Below the pieces are notes generated by a model. That model was not told the DNA's origin and did no database searches. It was given only the letters and a program-made list of their open reading frames with translations. A DNA stretch of 64,000 nucleotides. Origin: Candidatus Cloacimonadota bacterium (GTDB taxonomy: Bacteria; Cloacimonadota; Cloacimonadia; Cloacimonadales; TCS61). Location: the NCBI GenBank assembly GCA_021157525.1, contig JAGGWK010000060.1:11293-75292 (forward strand), given 5' to 3'. Positions 10,070 through 22,497 of this stretch are shown here, in pieces (the stretch's first letter is position 1; each line of letters opens with the position of its first letter). The position numbers and the translations under genes were made by a program.

Positions 10070-10769
10070 CAGGGTAAACCGCGATATATCCAGGAGATTT
10101 GCCTTCCCTTATCACCGTTTTTTCTATAGGAAAAGTAGTTGTCAGATTCCCACGTGCAGGTGGCATCATTCTGGATTCGATCTACACAAACACCGGCCTC
10201 AACTAATTGTGCGATAAGTACTTTTTTCATATCCAGCCAGGGATGCCGTTGCGTTTGGCCGGTATCTTTCACAAATTGCCAAAACAGTTCATCATTCACC
10301 GGATAGTGCTTGCTGCAGATCGCCGGCCCCAACAATGCATAAATTCTCTGACTCTCTGCACCCAGAATCCGCATATTTTTTACCGCTTCAGCAATGATGT
10401 TTTGCCTTGTGCCATCCCGGCCTGCATGGACAGCACCAATCACTTCTGCATGAGCATCATACAGTAGCACCGGCACACAATCTGCCGTCTTTATACAGAG
10501 GAGCACATTTCTCTGCTTTGTTACCAGACCATCCACATGGGGCACCACTATCATCTGCTGAGTAAGGTCGGATGGATTGATGATTTTCACCTCGTTTCCA
10601 TGCACCTGCTCACCCAACACAATATTGGTCACAGGAGTTTCGCGCACACTGTCCTGACAGCGGGAAAGTGCATCCAGACTGTATTTGTGGTCTCCGAAGT
10701 GGTAATACACCGCTTGATGTGAAGAGAGGGGCACCTGAGTGCCCCTCTCTAATATCTGATGAAATTTCA

Positions 10770-10770
<1 letters not shown>
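10066..10770 (-). CDS. pgeF: peptidoglycan editing factor PgeF (YfiH/DUF152 laccase-domain protein)
   Basis: 234 aa; conserved H..H..C..H pattern (HAGRDG, CVPVLLYD) typical of YfiH family. Confidence 0.75.
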
Positions 10771-12155
<1,385 letters not shown>

Positions 12156-12166
12156 AGATTCTCCTG

Positions 12167-13153
12167 TTATTGCATTTTATTCTTTTCAATCTCTCGCACA
12201 ATTTCCAGTGCGATTTTCAGCGCCCGTGTACCTGCACGGCCATCCACCACCGGATTCAAGCCAGCTTCCACCGCATGAACAAAGGATTCCAGCTCTGTGG
12301 TCAGAGCATCTTTGGTGCGGTGAGAAGCATCCACCTCCCGGGTATCAACCACCATTGAGGGATCAATATTGTCATATTTGCCCATCAGAATTTTGGGCAT
12401 CACCTTATAAAGCTGTTTTGATTTTGTAATATAGGTCGCCTTTTTGTTTTGAAAATCGATGGAGAAATAAGCATCTTTCTGGAAAATCCGTAGTTTGCGG
12501 GAACGCTTCATGGAGATGCGGCTGGCCGTAACATTACACACAGCGCCGTTTTCAAATTCGATACGAGCGTTGGCGATGTCGATGCTTTTGGTAAGCACAC
12601 CAGCACCGCTGGCACTAATGTGTTTTACCTTGCTGGGAATGAAGGCCAAAAAGAGGTCGATGTCATGAATCATGAGCTCCAGCACCACAGGAATATCGGT
12701 GCCCCGTGGCGTAAATGGCGCAATGCGGTGGCATTCGGCGAAGATGGGATCTTTGATATCCTTCTCGATTTCCATGATGGTGGGATTAAACCGCTCGATG
12801 TGCCCCACCTGAATTTTCAGCCCCTTTTCCTCTGCCAAATCACACAGCTCTTCCGCCTGCCACAGATGCTCGGTTATAGGTTTTTCAATAAACACATGCT
12901 TCCCCTGCTCCAGCGCTTGCCGGGCCAGATCATAGTGAGAAAGAGTAGTAACTACGATGGCTAACGCGTCAACCGCATCCAGTAATGACTGAAAATCCGG
13001 GAATATGCGCGCATCGATGCGTTCACCAATTTCGCGAGCACGCTTGGGATTTTTGTCGTACAATCCCATGAATTCACAAACCGAGCTGTTCCTTAAAATC
13101 CGCGCATGGTTCTGACCAAACTGTCCAACCCCTGCGATGCCTACCTTGAGCAT
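12167..13153 (-). CDS. Gfo/Idh/MocA family oxidoreductase
   Basis: [13 protein letters not shown] Rossmann N-terminus, EKP motif; start trimmed to ATG 13153 preceded by GAAGGAG. Confidence 0.8.
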   Translation of the reverse strand: MLKVGIAGVGQFGQNHARILRNSSVCEFMGLYDKNPKRAREIGERIDARIFPDFQSLLDAVDALAIVVTTLSHYDLARQALEQGKHVFIEKPITEHLWQAEELCDLAEEKGLKIQVGHIERFNPTIMEIEKDIKDPIFAECHRIAPFTPRGTDIPVVLELMIHDIDLFLAFIPSKVKHISASGAGVLTKSIDIANARIEFENGAVCNVTASRISMKRSRKLRIFQKDAYFSIDFQNKKATYITKSKQLYKVMPKILMGKYDNIDPSMVVDTREVDASHRTKDALTTELESFVHAVEAGLNPVVDGRAGTRALKIALEIVREIEKNKMQ

Positions 13154-13312
13154 GTGCTCTCCTTCGTTTTTTATCGGTGATAAACATGATTTCGCCGATG
13201 TGCTGTCAAGAAAAGAAACCCCATACAGGGCGAGAGTTGATGGCAATAAACTTTGCTTGACAGCTGGATGGGCTAGATTGTTTGCAAGAATGATAAAGAC
13301 AAGGATGGAAAC

Positions 13313-14860
13313 ATGAAAGATAAAGTACTTTTGCTTATTCTGGATGGATTTGGTAAAAACCCTTCGACCTATGGCAATGCCATCGCAGCGGCAGACACGC
13401 CGTTCCTGGATGCCTACTTTTCCCAAAAGCCTACGGCACAATTACTTCCATCAGGACTATCGGTGGGACTGCCGGAAGGTACCATGGGTAATTCTGAAGT
13501 CGGGCATCTCAATATCGGTGCCGGCCGCATCGTGTATCAACTGAATACCCTGATCAATAAAGCCATCGCCGACGGCAGCTTTGATACAAATCCGGCACTG
13601 CTGAAAGCGATAAACCATGCCAAAGAAGCCGGGAGCGCTCTCCACTTGATGGGGCTTCTCAGTAACGGCAATGTTCACAGCCACAATTCCCATCTACGGG
13701 CGTTGCTGCGTCTATGCAAGGATACCGGTTTGCAGCGGGTTTATCTCCACGCCTTTATGGATGGTCGTGATACTCTGCCCCATTCGGGCAAAGGTTTTAT
13801 GTCAGAATTTTTGGACATGGCGGCAAAAATCGGAGTGGGTCGCGTGGCCACCATCAGCGGACGCTACTACGCTATGGATCGGGATAATCGTTGGGAGCGG
13901 GTGGAACAGGCCTACCGCGCCATGGTAGATGGCACAGGGGTGGCAGCTACCGATCCGCTGGGTGCAATCCAGCAGAACTACGATGCCGACATCACTGATG
14001 AGTTTATCCAGCCGGCAGTAATGATGCAGGATGGCAGGCCGGTCGCCCGCATCCGCAAAGACGATGCTGTCATCTTCTTCAATTTCCGTGCAGACCGAGC
14101 CCGGGAGATCACCCGTGCGCTGGTTGCCCCGGGCTTTGATGCATTCCCCCGCACCGATCTCACGGGCATCCCCTATATCACCTTTAATGACTACGATATT
14201 CAATTCGCCGATTTCACCGATGTGGCCTTCCATTTGCCGGCACTTACGCACATCCTGGGTGAGGAAGTGAGTGCTGCCGGTATGCATCAACTGCGGCTGG
14301 CGGAGACCGAAAAATATGCTCACGTCACCTTCTTCTTCAACGGCGGCGTAGAAGCGCCATTCAAAAACGAAGACCGAATTCTGGTACCTTCGCCCAAAGT
14401 TGCAACCTATGATCTGCAACCACAGATGAGTGCACCGGCAGTTTGCGACACATTGATAGAAAAGCTCCAATCCGGCACTTATGAGATGATCATTACCAAC
14501 TTTGCCAATTGCGACATGGTGGGCCATACTGGCGTATTTGAAGCTGCTGTAAAAGCTGTGGAGACGGTGGATAATTGCATGAGCAAAGTGATTCCTGCCG
14601 CCCAGGCTGCCGGATATCACATCCTGCTTACTGCCGACCATGGGAATGCTGAAAAAATGCTGGACGAAGAGGGAAACATCTTTACTGCTCACTCCACCAA
14701 TCCAGTACCCATCGTGATAGACCTGCGCACAACAGGCGATTATACCATAAAAGACGGCATCCTGGCCGATATCGCCCCCACCATGCTTCACCTGCTGGGC
14801 ATCGGCATCCCGCCGGAAATGACCGGCTGCATCCTGGTACAACCAAAAGAAGAGGAATAA
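13313..14860 (+). CDS. gpmI: 2,3-bisphosphoglycerate-independent phosphoglycerate mutase
   Basis: 515 aa; LLILDGFG N-terminus and iPGM C-terminal metal-binding ADHGNAE. Confidence 0.9.
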   Translation: MKDKVLLLILDGFGKNPSTYGNAIAAADTPFLDAYFSQKPTAQLLPSGLSVGLPEGTMGNSEVGHLNIGAGRIVYQLNTLINKAIADGSFDTNPALLKAINHAKEAGSALHLMGLLSNGNVHSHNSHLRALLRLCKDTGLQRVYLHAFMDGRDTLPHSGKGFMSEFLDMAAKIGVGRVATISGRYYAMDRDNRWERVEQAYRAMVDGTGVAATDPLGAIQQNYDADITDEFIQPAVMMQDGRPVARIRKDDAVIFFNFRADRAREITRALVAPGFDAFPRTDLTGIPYITFNDYDIQFADFTDVAFHLPALTHILGEEVSAAGMHQLRLAETEKYAHVTFFFNGGVEAPFKNEDRILVPSPKVATYDLQPQMSAPAVCDTLIEKLQSGTYEMIITNFANCDMVGHTGVFEAAVKAVETVDNCMSKVIPAAQAAGYHILLTADHGNAEKMLDEEGNIFTAHSTNPVPIVIDLRTTGDYTIKDGILADIAPTMLHLLGIGIPPEMTGCILVQPKEEE

Positions 14861-14862
14861 CT

Positions 14863-15279
14863 ATGAAGGTATTTGCAGAACACGAAACGCCACGGCGCTA
14901 TCCCATCCCTGCCTGGGTGAAATTTGCCCTGATGATAGCAGTGATTATGGGATTTTCGATGAGAAGTTGCTACTTAAAAAATCAAAGTAAGAGCTTTGTG
15001 ATCTCCCACGTAACCATTCAGGAAAAAACCCGCGTAAGCGCCGATGTGGCCTTTACCATTACCAATCTAGCTAAGGTGAAATTGAAGAAATCCGTGATGA
15101 TACAGGTGTATGACATCAACGGTGATCTGCTGGCCAACAAGCTGTCTCAGGTAGAAGTTCCCGGCAGTTCGGAGCGCAGATTTCTCAAGGTGCTACAGAA
15201 GTTTGTGCGACCTATCAAGGACACCTCGGAAATCGAGCTGGCCACTGTGGATATCTACAACAGCAAATTGTTTCAGTAG
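14863..15279 (+). CDS. hypothetical membrane-anchored protein
   Basis: 138 aa ORF with one N-terminal TM segment; no recognisable domain. Confidence 0.4.
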   Translation: MKVFAEHETPRRYPIPAWVKFALMIAVIMGFSMRSCYLKNQSKSFVISHVTIQEKTRVSADVAFTITNLAKVKLKKSVMIQVYDINGDLLANKLSQVEVPGSSERRFLKVLQKFVRPIKDTSEIELATVDIYNSKLFQ

Positions 15280-15501
15280 AAGATTGAGACGGTATTGCAG
15301 GAGGGTTGGAATAGACGGTGTTTGACTTTGCCGACACAGTTATCTCCGATCATGATTCAATTTGAGACAGCAGGGCATCTATATCGCTGCGGTTTCTTTT
15401 GATTGCATTTTTGCACCGGAAGCAGTAGGATCATTATTTTCAGGCGGGCAGGCTCAAGGATGATTTTATCGATCACAGGTTTGAAATTCCATCGGTATCA
15501 T

Positions 15502-15816
15502 TCACTTCATGAGTAGGATAATTCCAATGTTGATATCATCAACACCATCGCTGAACATTTCCCGCAAAACCTGTTTTTCCAATTTGTAAATGTTCCAGAG
15601 CATATTCTTCAGCAAGGGAGAACGTAATGCCGAGCCCAGGGGAAATTTGCCAATCCACTTGGTAATGCGATGCGAGCGGTTAATTGCCTCAATCTTGTCG
15701 TCGGCTACCGTAACTTGCATCCCTATCTCCACCCGATCACCGTCATACTGAAAGATGTTGATTATCAGCGTGAGTACAGCGCCGGTAATAGCCAGGATGC
15801 GTACAATTTTTTTCAT
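15502..15816 (-). CDS. hypothetical secreted protein
   Basis: 104 aa, N-terminal signal peptide MKKIVRILAITGAVLTLIINIF; GGAGG upstream; isolated in a low-coding island. Confidence 0.45.
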   Translation of the reverse strand: MKKIVRILAITGAVLTLIINIFQYDGDRVEIGMQVTVADDKIEAINRSHRITKWIGKFPLGSALRSPLLKNMLWNIYKLEKQVLREMFSDGVDDINIGIILLMK

Positions 15817-16473
15817 CTATCTCCTCCTTTGTGCATCATTCTTTTCCCGGATTCTGCAATGCAGGGAGTAACACTAAGGAGTAATACCATTATAGTAAGA
15901 GCAAGATAGAAAACGATGGAGCTGACTTGATGGACACACAAACTGCCTATGCAACACGACGCTGCAGATATCCTTGGAATTTATAACATTTATAATATCG
16001 ATGAGTTTAGAAACTTTGTCAACAAGAAAACATGAATAAGCTCTAATATTTTGTTATAAAGGAGATAATGGGTTCTGCATAATAGACACCTGAAGAGAAA
16101 GCGATCACTGGCACCCACACTCAATTCTCATTGCATCATAAAACCCGGGGATTTTGTGATATTTCTTCACCGGTTCCAATAACTTTAACCACCATTTCGA
16201 GTGAAGAATCCGCACTATTTTCAGTACAGATGAAAACAACGAACTGCCGCCATCCAGAATGAGTACCAAGAGTTTTAATCGGCAACGACATCCCGCAATT
16301 GAGACAAAATGTATGACCCTTGCAACATGCCATTTACGATCCGAGCTCCTGTTCTTTTCTCCCATTATCCTCCCTATATTCCCCTTTGAATGAATCTGAG
16401 GTTTCAAATTGAGAAATTGCTATTGACACAGGAGACAATAACTAAAGTTTTGGAGCAAATTTAGGAGTGTTGT

Positions 16474-16740
16474 ATGTTTAAATTAGATGAGATACATTTA
16501 GAGAAAGCCAGGGAGATGGCGGTTCGTAACAGAACAAAGAAAAAGTGCAAGCTGTGTTACGACCGCGGATATATTGGAGTTACTCCCGAGAACCTGCTGG
16601 TTCCGTGCCATAAATGCGTTGATCTCGACAAAGTTATGGAAGAGTGGAAGGCCTATGTTGCCGAGATTCCCGAACTGAGAGAATACTTTGCCGACCTCTT
16701 TGAAGAAGAAAAAGAGGATGAAAATACCGAACAGGAGTAA
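16474..16740 (+). CDS. small zinc-ribbon-like hypothetical protein
   Basis: 88 aa with CKLC...CHKC pairs, acidic C-terminus; RBS AGGAG; stop 2 nt before ileS. Confidence 0.45.
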   Translation: MFKLDEIHLEKAREMAVRNRTKKKCKLCYDRGYIGVTPENLLVPCHKCVDLDKVMEEWKAYVAEIPELREYFADLFEEEKEDENTEQE

Positions 16741-16742
16741 CT

Positions 16743-19700
16743 ATGTATAAACCGGTAAATTTAAAAGAAAATATCGCCAACCTTGAAAAACGGGTGCAAG
16801 AGTACTGGATGCAGCACGGCACTGCCGGCAAGAGCATCGAAAACCGTGAAGGCGCCCCCAGATACATCTTTTTCGAAGGCCCCCCCACGGCCAACGGAAA
16901 ACCTGGCATCCATCACGTGATGGCGCGCACCATCAAAGATACGGTGTGCCGCTACAAAACCATGAAAGGATTTCAAGTAAAACGCAAAGCAGGATGGGAT
17001 ACCCATGGCCTACCCGTGGAAATCGAAGTGGAAAAGCGCCTTGGCCTCCATGACAAACGGGAAGTAGAAGCCTACGGCCTGAAAGAATTTTGCGAAAAAT
17101 GCCGTGACTCGGTATTTTCCTATGAAAAAGAATGGCGGGAAATGACCCGGGAAATGGCCTATTGGGTCGACATGGACAATCCCTACATCACTCTGGAAAA
17201 TAACTACATTGAAACCGTGTGGTGGATTTTGAATAATTTTTACCAAAAGGGCATCATCTACAAAGGCCACAAAATCGTGCCTTACTGCCCCAAATGCGGC
17301 ACCCCCCTTTCCAGCCACGAAGTTGCTCAGGGCTATCACGATGTGGAAGACCCCTCCGTCTTTGTAAAATTTAAAGCAAAAGACGAAGAAAATCTCTACT
17401 ACCTGGCCTGGACAACCACTCCATGGACCCTTATCTCCAACGTCGCACTGGTAATGCATCCGGACGAAACCTATGTAAAAGTGCGCCACAATAACGAATT
17501 CCTCATCCTGGCAAAAGCGCGCTTGGAAGTGCTGGATGGCGATTATGAGATCGTGGAAGAATACATCGGCAAAGAGCTGGAACACAGAGAATATGAACAA
17601 ATGTTCCCCTTTGTGATCCCCGAAGAAAAAGCCTTTTTCATCGGCTGCGCAGACTACGTAACCATGGGCGATGGCACCGGCGTAGTTCACACCGCCCCCG
17701 CCTTCGGTCAGGATGACTACAATCTGGGAATGAAATACGGTCTGCCCTTTATTCAACCTGTTGACGGTGCCGGGTGTTTTACCGACGTCATCACTCCCTG
17801 GGCCGGACAATTTGTAAAAGATGCCGACAAAAGCATCATCCGCAACATGAAGGATCGCGGTGTACTGTACAAACGGACACAGATCAAGCACAGCTATCCC
17901 TTCTGCTGGCGCTGCGACAGCCCGCTGATCTACTACGCACGCTCCAGCTGGTACATCCGCACCAGCGACTACAAAAAGCAACTCATCGCCAACAACAAAA
18001 AGATAAATTGGACACCTCCGTTTGTGGGGGAAAAACGCTTCGGCGCCTGGCTGGAAAACAATGTGGACTGGGCCATCAGCCGTGACCGCTTTTGGGGAAC
18101 ACCCCTCAATATCTGGAAATGCGACGATTGTGACGAGCTGGAAAGCATCGGTTCCATCGCAGACCTCTGTGCCAAAGGCCGGATGCAAGACGGCAGCGCC
18201 GTCCCTGCAGATATCGAGCTGCACCGCCCCTCTGTGGATGATGTGCTCCTCACCTGCCCAAAATGCGGCGGCACAATGCACCGCACACCAGAAGTTATCG
18301 ACTGCTGGTTTGACAGCGGAGCCATGCCCTTTGCTCAATGGCATTATCCCTTTGAAAATAAAGAAAACTTCGAGACGGAGCTCTTTCCTGCCGATTTCAT
18401 CGCCGAAGGCATCGACCAAACCCGTGGATGGTTTTACTCCCTCCTTACCATTTCCACCATCCTCATGGGAAAATCATCCTACAAAAATGTGCTGGTGAAC
18501 GACCTGATCCTGGATAAAAATGGGATCAAAATGAGTAAGTCTAAAGGCAACTCGGTAAATCCCATGGCGCTGATGCAAAAATACGGCGCAGACGCCATCC
18601 GCTGGTACCTCCTGGCGGTGAGTCCACCATGGGTTCCTACTAAGTTTGACGAAAAAGGCGTGGTCGAAATCCTCAATAAATTCTTCGGCACCCTGAAAAA
18701 TGTCTATTCCTTCTATGTCACCTATGCCAATATCGATGGTTTTGATGCCATGCAGCACCGGCATACCGATGAGAAGGAAGAGGAAATCGACAGCTGGATC
18801 ATCTCACGCCTGAACTCGGTGATAAAAGAAGTCACCCAGAATAATGACAATTATGATCTCACCCGCTCGGTACGCGCCATCCAGAGCTTTATGATGGATG
18901 ACGTGAGCAACTGGTATGTACGCCGGTGCCGTCGTCGTTTCTGGGCAATGGAACTCACCGACGACAAGAAAGAAGCCTACCTCACTTTGCACCACATATT
19001 GGTGGCGGTGAGCAAACTGATGGCGCCCTACGCGCCCTACCTTGCCGAAGAGATATACACAAATCTCACCGGCAATGAAAGCGTGCATCTGGACGTCTAT
19101 CCTGTAGCCAATGAAGCGGTAATCCGCCCGACTCTGGAAAAGGAAATGCAAACAGTGATCGACTTGGTTTCTCTGGGACGGGCTGCCCGGAACAGCTGCC
19201 AGATCAAGGTACGCCAAACCCTGCAAACCCTTCATGTACCCGAAAGCGCCAGGCCCCTGATGGAACGCATGGAAAACCTGATAAAAGAAGAAATCAATGT
19301 GAAAGATATCCGCTACATCAGTGAAGAGAGCGGCTTTGTACAGTTTGACATCAAGCCGAACTTCAAGGTGATGGGGCCCAAATTTGGCAAAGAGATGAAG
19401 CGCATCGCCGCAGCACTGAAGCAGAAAAACGGCAACGAAATCATCACAACCCTGAATAACAGAGACAGCTATACCCTGAAAATGGACGGACAGGAATTTC
19501 TCCTCACCACCGAGGATATAGCGGTTTCCATCCAACAGAAAGAGGGCTTTGTCTTTGAATCCCACAAAGAGCTTTATGTGGCGTTGGACACCCAACTCAC
19601 CCCCGAACTCATCACCGAAGGCTACGCCCGGGAACTGGTAAATAAAATCCAATATACCCGAAAAGAACAGGGCTTCGAGATCATGGATCGCATCACTGTT

Positions 19701-19868
19701 CGCTACAGCGCAGATGATGAAATTGCCGCCGTCTTTGCCGCCTATGATGACTATATCCGGCAAGAAACCCTTACCGACAGTGTGGAACGCATCCGGGATG
19801 CAAGCAGCCTGCCCACCTGGGATATCAACGGCAAAACCGTATATTACGAGATTACGAAAAATAAATAA
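16743..19868 (+). CDS. ileS: isoleucine--tRNA ligase (type 2)
   Basis: 1041 aa; HIGH-like PGIHHVMARTIKD, KMSKSKGN, editing domain, C-terminal Zn-ribbon region characteristic of type 2 IleRS. Confidence 0.9.
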   Translation: MYKPVNLKENIANLEKRVQEYWMQHGTAGKSIENREGAPRYIFFEGPPTANGKPGIHHVMARTIKDTVCRYKTMKGFQVKRKAGWDTHGLPVEIEVEKRLGLHDKREVEAYGLKEFCEKCRDSVFSYEKEWREMTREMAYWVDMDNPYITLENNYIETVWWILNNFYQKGIIYKGHKIVPYCPKCGTPLSSHEVAQGYHDVEDPSVFVKFKAKDEENLYYLAWTTTPWTLISNVALVMHPDETYVKVRHNNEFLILAKARLEVLDGDYEIVEEYIGKELEHREYEQMFPFVIPEEKAFFIGCADYVTMGDGTGVVHTAPAFGQDDYNLGMKYGLPFIQPVDGAGCFTDVITPWAGQFVKDADKSIIRNMKDRGVLYKRTQIKHSYPFCWRCDSPLIYYARSSWYIRTSDYKKQLIANNKKINWTPPFVGEKRFGAWLENNVDWAISRDRFWGTPLNIWKCDDCDELESIGSIADLCAKGRMQDGSAVPADIELHRPSVDDVLLTCPKCGGTMHRTPEVIDCWFDSGAMPFAQWHYPFENKENFETELFPADFIAEGIDQTRGWFYSLLTISTILMGKSSYKNVLVNDLILDKNGIKMSKSKGNSVNPMALMQKYGADAIRWYLLAVSPPWVPTKFDEKGVVEILNKFFGTLKNVYSFYVTYANIDGFDAMQHRHTDEKEEEIDSWIISRLNSVIKEVTQNNDNYDLTRSVRAIQSFMMDDVSNWYVRRCRRRFWAMELTDDKKEAYLTLHHILVAVSKLMAPYAPYLAEEIYTNLTGNESVHLDVYPVANEAVIRPTLEKEMQTVIDLVSLGRAARNSCQIKVRQTLQTLHVPESARPLMERMENLIKEEINVKDIRYISEESGFVQFDIKPNFKVMGPKFGKEMKRIAAALKQKNGNEIITTLNNRDSYTLKMDGQEFLLTTEDIAVSIQQKEGFVFESHKELYVALDTQLTPELITEGYARELVNKIQYTRKEQGFEIMDRITVRYSADDEIAAVFAAYDDYIRQETLTDSVERIRDASSLPTWDINGKTVYYEITKNK

Positions 19869-19880
19869 TGAGGTAGAATT

Positions 19881-21122
19881 ATGGCCAAAATCAAGCCTTT
19901 TAAAGGAGTGCGTCCCGCCTTCGACAAAATCAAGGATGTGGCATCGCCACCCTACGATGTGCTGAATTCGGCAGAGGCGCGGGTAGCGGTGCAAGGCAAA
20001 CCCTACAGCTTTTTGCACGTGATTAAGCCCGAAGTTGATCTTCCCGAAGATATCGACCTGTACGACGAAAAAGTGTACCAAAAGGGTAAAGAAAACCTCT
20101 ATCGCATGATGCAGGAAGGCGTGCTCATCCAGGATGCAACTCCCTGCTACTACATCTACCGTTTAATCATGGGCGATGTTTGTGAAGTCGGTCTGGTGGC
20201 TGGCACATCGGTGGAAGATTATGAAAACGATGTTATCAAGAAACATGAGCATACCCGCGCTGACAAGGAAGCTGACCGCATCAAACACGTTGACACCCTC
20301 AATGCCAACACCGGTCCAGTGTTCCTTACCTACCCGGCTCGTGAAGACCTTGATGCACTTATGAATGAGCTGATGAAAGCCACTCCTGACTACGACTTTA
20401 CAGCAGATGACAATGTAAGACATACCTTCTGGAAAATCGAAGATGCCGACGTGATTAACAAGATCACCGACATCTTTACTAGAATTCCCAATCTGTATGT
20501 AGCAGATGGTCATCACCGTTCTGCATCCGGCACAAAAGTGGGACAACAGCGCAGAGCTGCTAATCCCAACCACACTGGTGACGAAGAATACAACTACTTC
20601 CTCTCGGTGATTTTTCCTCACGACCAGCTGTACATCATGGATTACAATCGCGTGGTGAAAGACCTCAATGACCTTTCCAATGGTGAATTCATAGCCAAAG
20701 TTGAAGAAAAATTCTCCGTGGAAAAAATTGGATATGAGCCCTACAAACCAGAAGCTCTGCACACCTTCGGTATGTATCTGGATGGCGCATGGTACAAGCT
20801 TACCGCTATCGACGGCACCTTCCCGGCCAATGACCCCGTGAAATCTCTGGATGTTTCCATCATGCAGGAAAACCTGCTCCATCCCATCCTGGCTATTGGT
20901 GATCCCCGTACAGACAAACGCATCGATTTCGTAGGCGGCATCCGCGGATTAGACGAGCTGTCACGTCGCGTAGATGCTGGCGAAGCAGTGGCGTTCTCGA
21001 TGTTTCCCACATCTATAGAACAGCTGATGGCCATAGCCGATGCCGGCAAAGTAATGCCGCCAAAATCTACCTGGTTCGAGCCGAAATTACGCTCCGGCGT
21101 GATCGTGCATCTGCTTGATTAG
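19881..21122 (+). CDS. DUF1015 domain protein
   Basis: 413 aa; N-terminus MAKIKPFKGVRP... and overall pattern typical of DUF1015 family. Confidence 0.7.
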   Translation: MAKIKPFKGVRPAFDKIKDVASPPYDVLNSAEARVAVQGKPYSFLHVIKPEVDLPEDIDLYDEKVYQKGKENLYRMMQEGVLIQDATPCYYIYRLIMGDVCEVGLVAGTSVEDYENDVIKKHEHTRADKEADRIKHVDTLNANTGPVFLTYPAREDLDALMNELMKATPDYDFTADDNVRHTFWKIEDADVINKITDIFTRIPNLYVADGHHRSASGTKVGQQRRAANPNHTGDEEYNYFLSVIFPHDQLYIMDYNRVVKDLNDLSNGEFIAKVEEKFSVEKIGYEPYKPEALHTFGMYLDGAWYKLTAIDGTFPANDPVKSLDVSIMQENLLHPILAIGDPRTDKRIDFVGGIRGLDELSRRVDAGEAVAFSMFPTSIEQLMAIADAGKVMPPKSTWFEPKLRSGVIVHLLD

Positions 21123-21171
21123 CTCAATAAATAATGGCATTCGGGGCGGTGCGTATCGCCCCGATTTTCAT

Positions 21172-22452
21172 ATGAGAAAATTCCACATTATCAGTTTGGG
21201 ATGCCCAAAAAATCTGGTGGACAGCGAAGTCTTCACGGCTCTTGCCCAGCAGGGCGGCTACACCTATACTCAGGATGCAGAAACCGCTGAGCTGATCATT
21301 GTAAACACCTGCGGTTTCATCAATGATGCCAAAGAAGAATCCATCGCTGCCATACTGGATGCAGTAGAGTATAAAAAGGATGGTGCATGCAAAACCTTGG
21401 TAGCCACCGGATGCCTGGTGCGGCGCTACATGGCACAACTGCGGGAAGAAATACCGGAAGTGGATCATTTCGTTGATCTCAAGGATTTTGCCGATTTTGC
21501 CCACATCCTCCACACCACACCCTCAACAGATCGTGAATTACTCACACCACCCCATTACGCCTACATCCGCATCAGTGACGGCTGCAACAACCATTGCAGT
21601 TACTGCGCCATCCCCGACATTCGTGGACCATTGATAAGCCGCAGCATCACCGATGTGGTGGCCGAAGCTGGTAATCTGGCAGGTCGCGGTGTGAAGGAAC
21701 TCATCGTTACCGCCCAAGACACCACACAATTCGGAGCAGACAGCCACGGTAAATCGTTGCTGGCACCTCTTTTGAAGCAGCTTCACGACATTGAAGGATT
21801 TGAGTGGATTCGCCTGTTGTACCTCCATCCTGCCCACATCACCAGCGAGCTCATAGATATGATTGCGGGGTTGCCTAGAGTGTGTAACTATTTTGAGATT
21901 CCGCTTCAGCACATATCTCAGGGCATCCTGCAACAGATGAACCGCCATGTTGGCCAGGAACGTATTAAGGAAATTTACCGGGAAATCCGTGCCAAGATCC
22001 CCGATGCAGTGATGCGCACCACTCTCATTGTAGGGTATCCGGGAGAGACAGAGGAAGATTTTGCCGAGCTGAAACAATTCATCCAGGAATATCCTTTTGA
22101 ACGTTTGGGCATATTCACCTACTCTCAGGAAGAAGGAACTGTTGCAGGAGCATGTGAGAATCAGGTGGATGCAGCCATAGCCCAGCAGCGCAAAGACGAG
22201 CTTATGCAAATTCAGATACAGATTTCCACAACCCAGCTGGCCCGTTTTGTTGGCCGCCGCATCCCGGTAATCATCGATGCCATGGGGGAGGAATATCCCT
22301 TTGAAGGACGCAGTTATTTTGATGCCCCCGATATCGACGGCACCGTGTTCATAACCAATGAAGATGCAGCCATTGGGGAAGTGGTGGAGGTGGAAATCAT
22401 CGATTCATGGGAATATGATCTGGTGGGCACCATCGTCACACCCATCCCATAG
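21172..22452 (+). CDS. rimO: ribosomal protein S12 methylthiotransferase RimO
   Basis: MTTase N domain (FHIISLGCPKN), radical SAM CNNHCSYC, C-terminal TRAM domain. Confidence 0.8.
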   Translation: MRKFHIISLGCPKNLVDSEVFTALAQQGGYTYTQDAETAELIIVNTCGFINDAKEESIAAILDAVEYKKDGACKTLVATGCLVRRYMAQLREEIPEVDHFVDLKDFADFAHILHTTPSTDRELLTPPHYAYIRISDGCNNHCSYCAIPDIRGPLISRSITDVVAEAGNLAGRGVKELIVTAQDTTQFGADSHGKSLLAPLLKQLHDIEGFEWIRLLYLHPAHITSELIDMIAGLPRVCNYFEIPLQHISQGILQQMNRHVGQERIKEIYREIRAKIPDAVMRTTLIVGYPGETEEDFAELKQFIQEYPFERLGIFTYSQEEGTVAGACENQVDAAIAQQRKDELMQIQIQISTTQLARFVGRRIPVIIDAMGEEYPFEGRSYFDAPDIDGTVFITNEDAAIGEVVEVEIIDSWEYDLVGTIVTPIP

Positions 22453-22497
22453 CCCCATGCATCCATACTGCAAAAAACCAGATACGAGGAGAAACGA

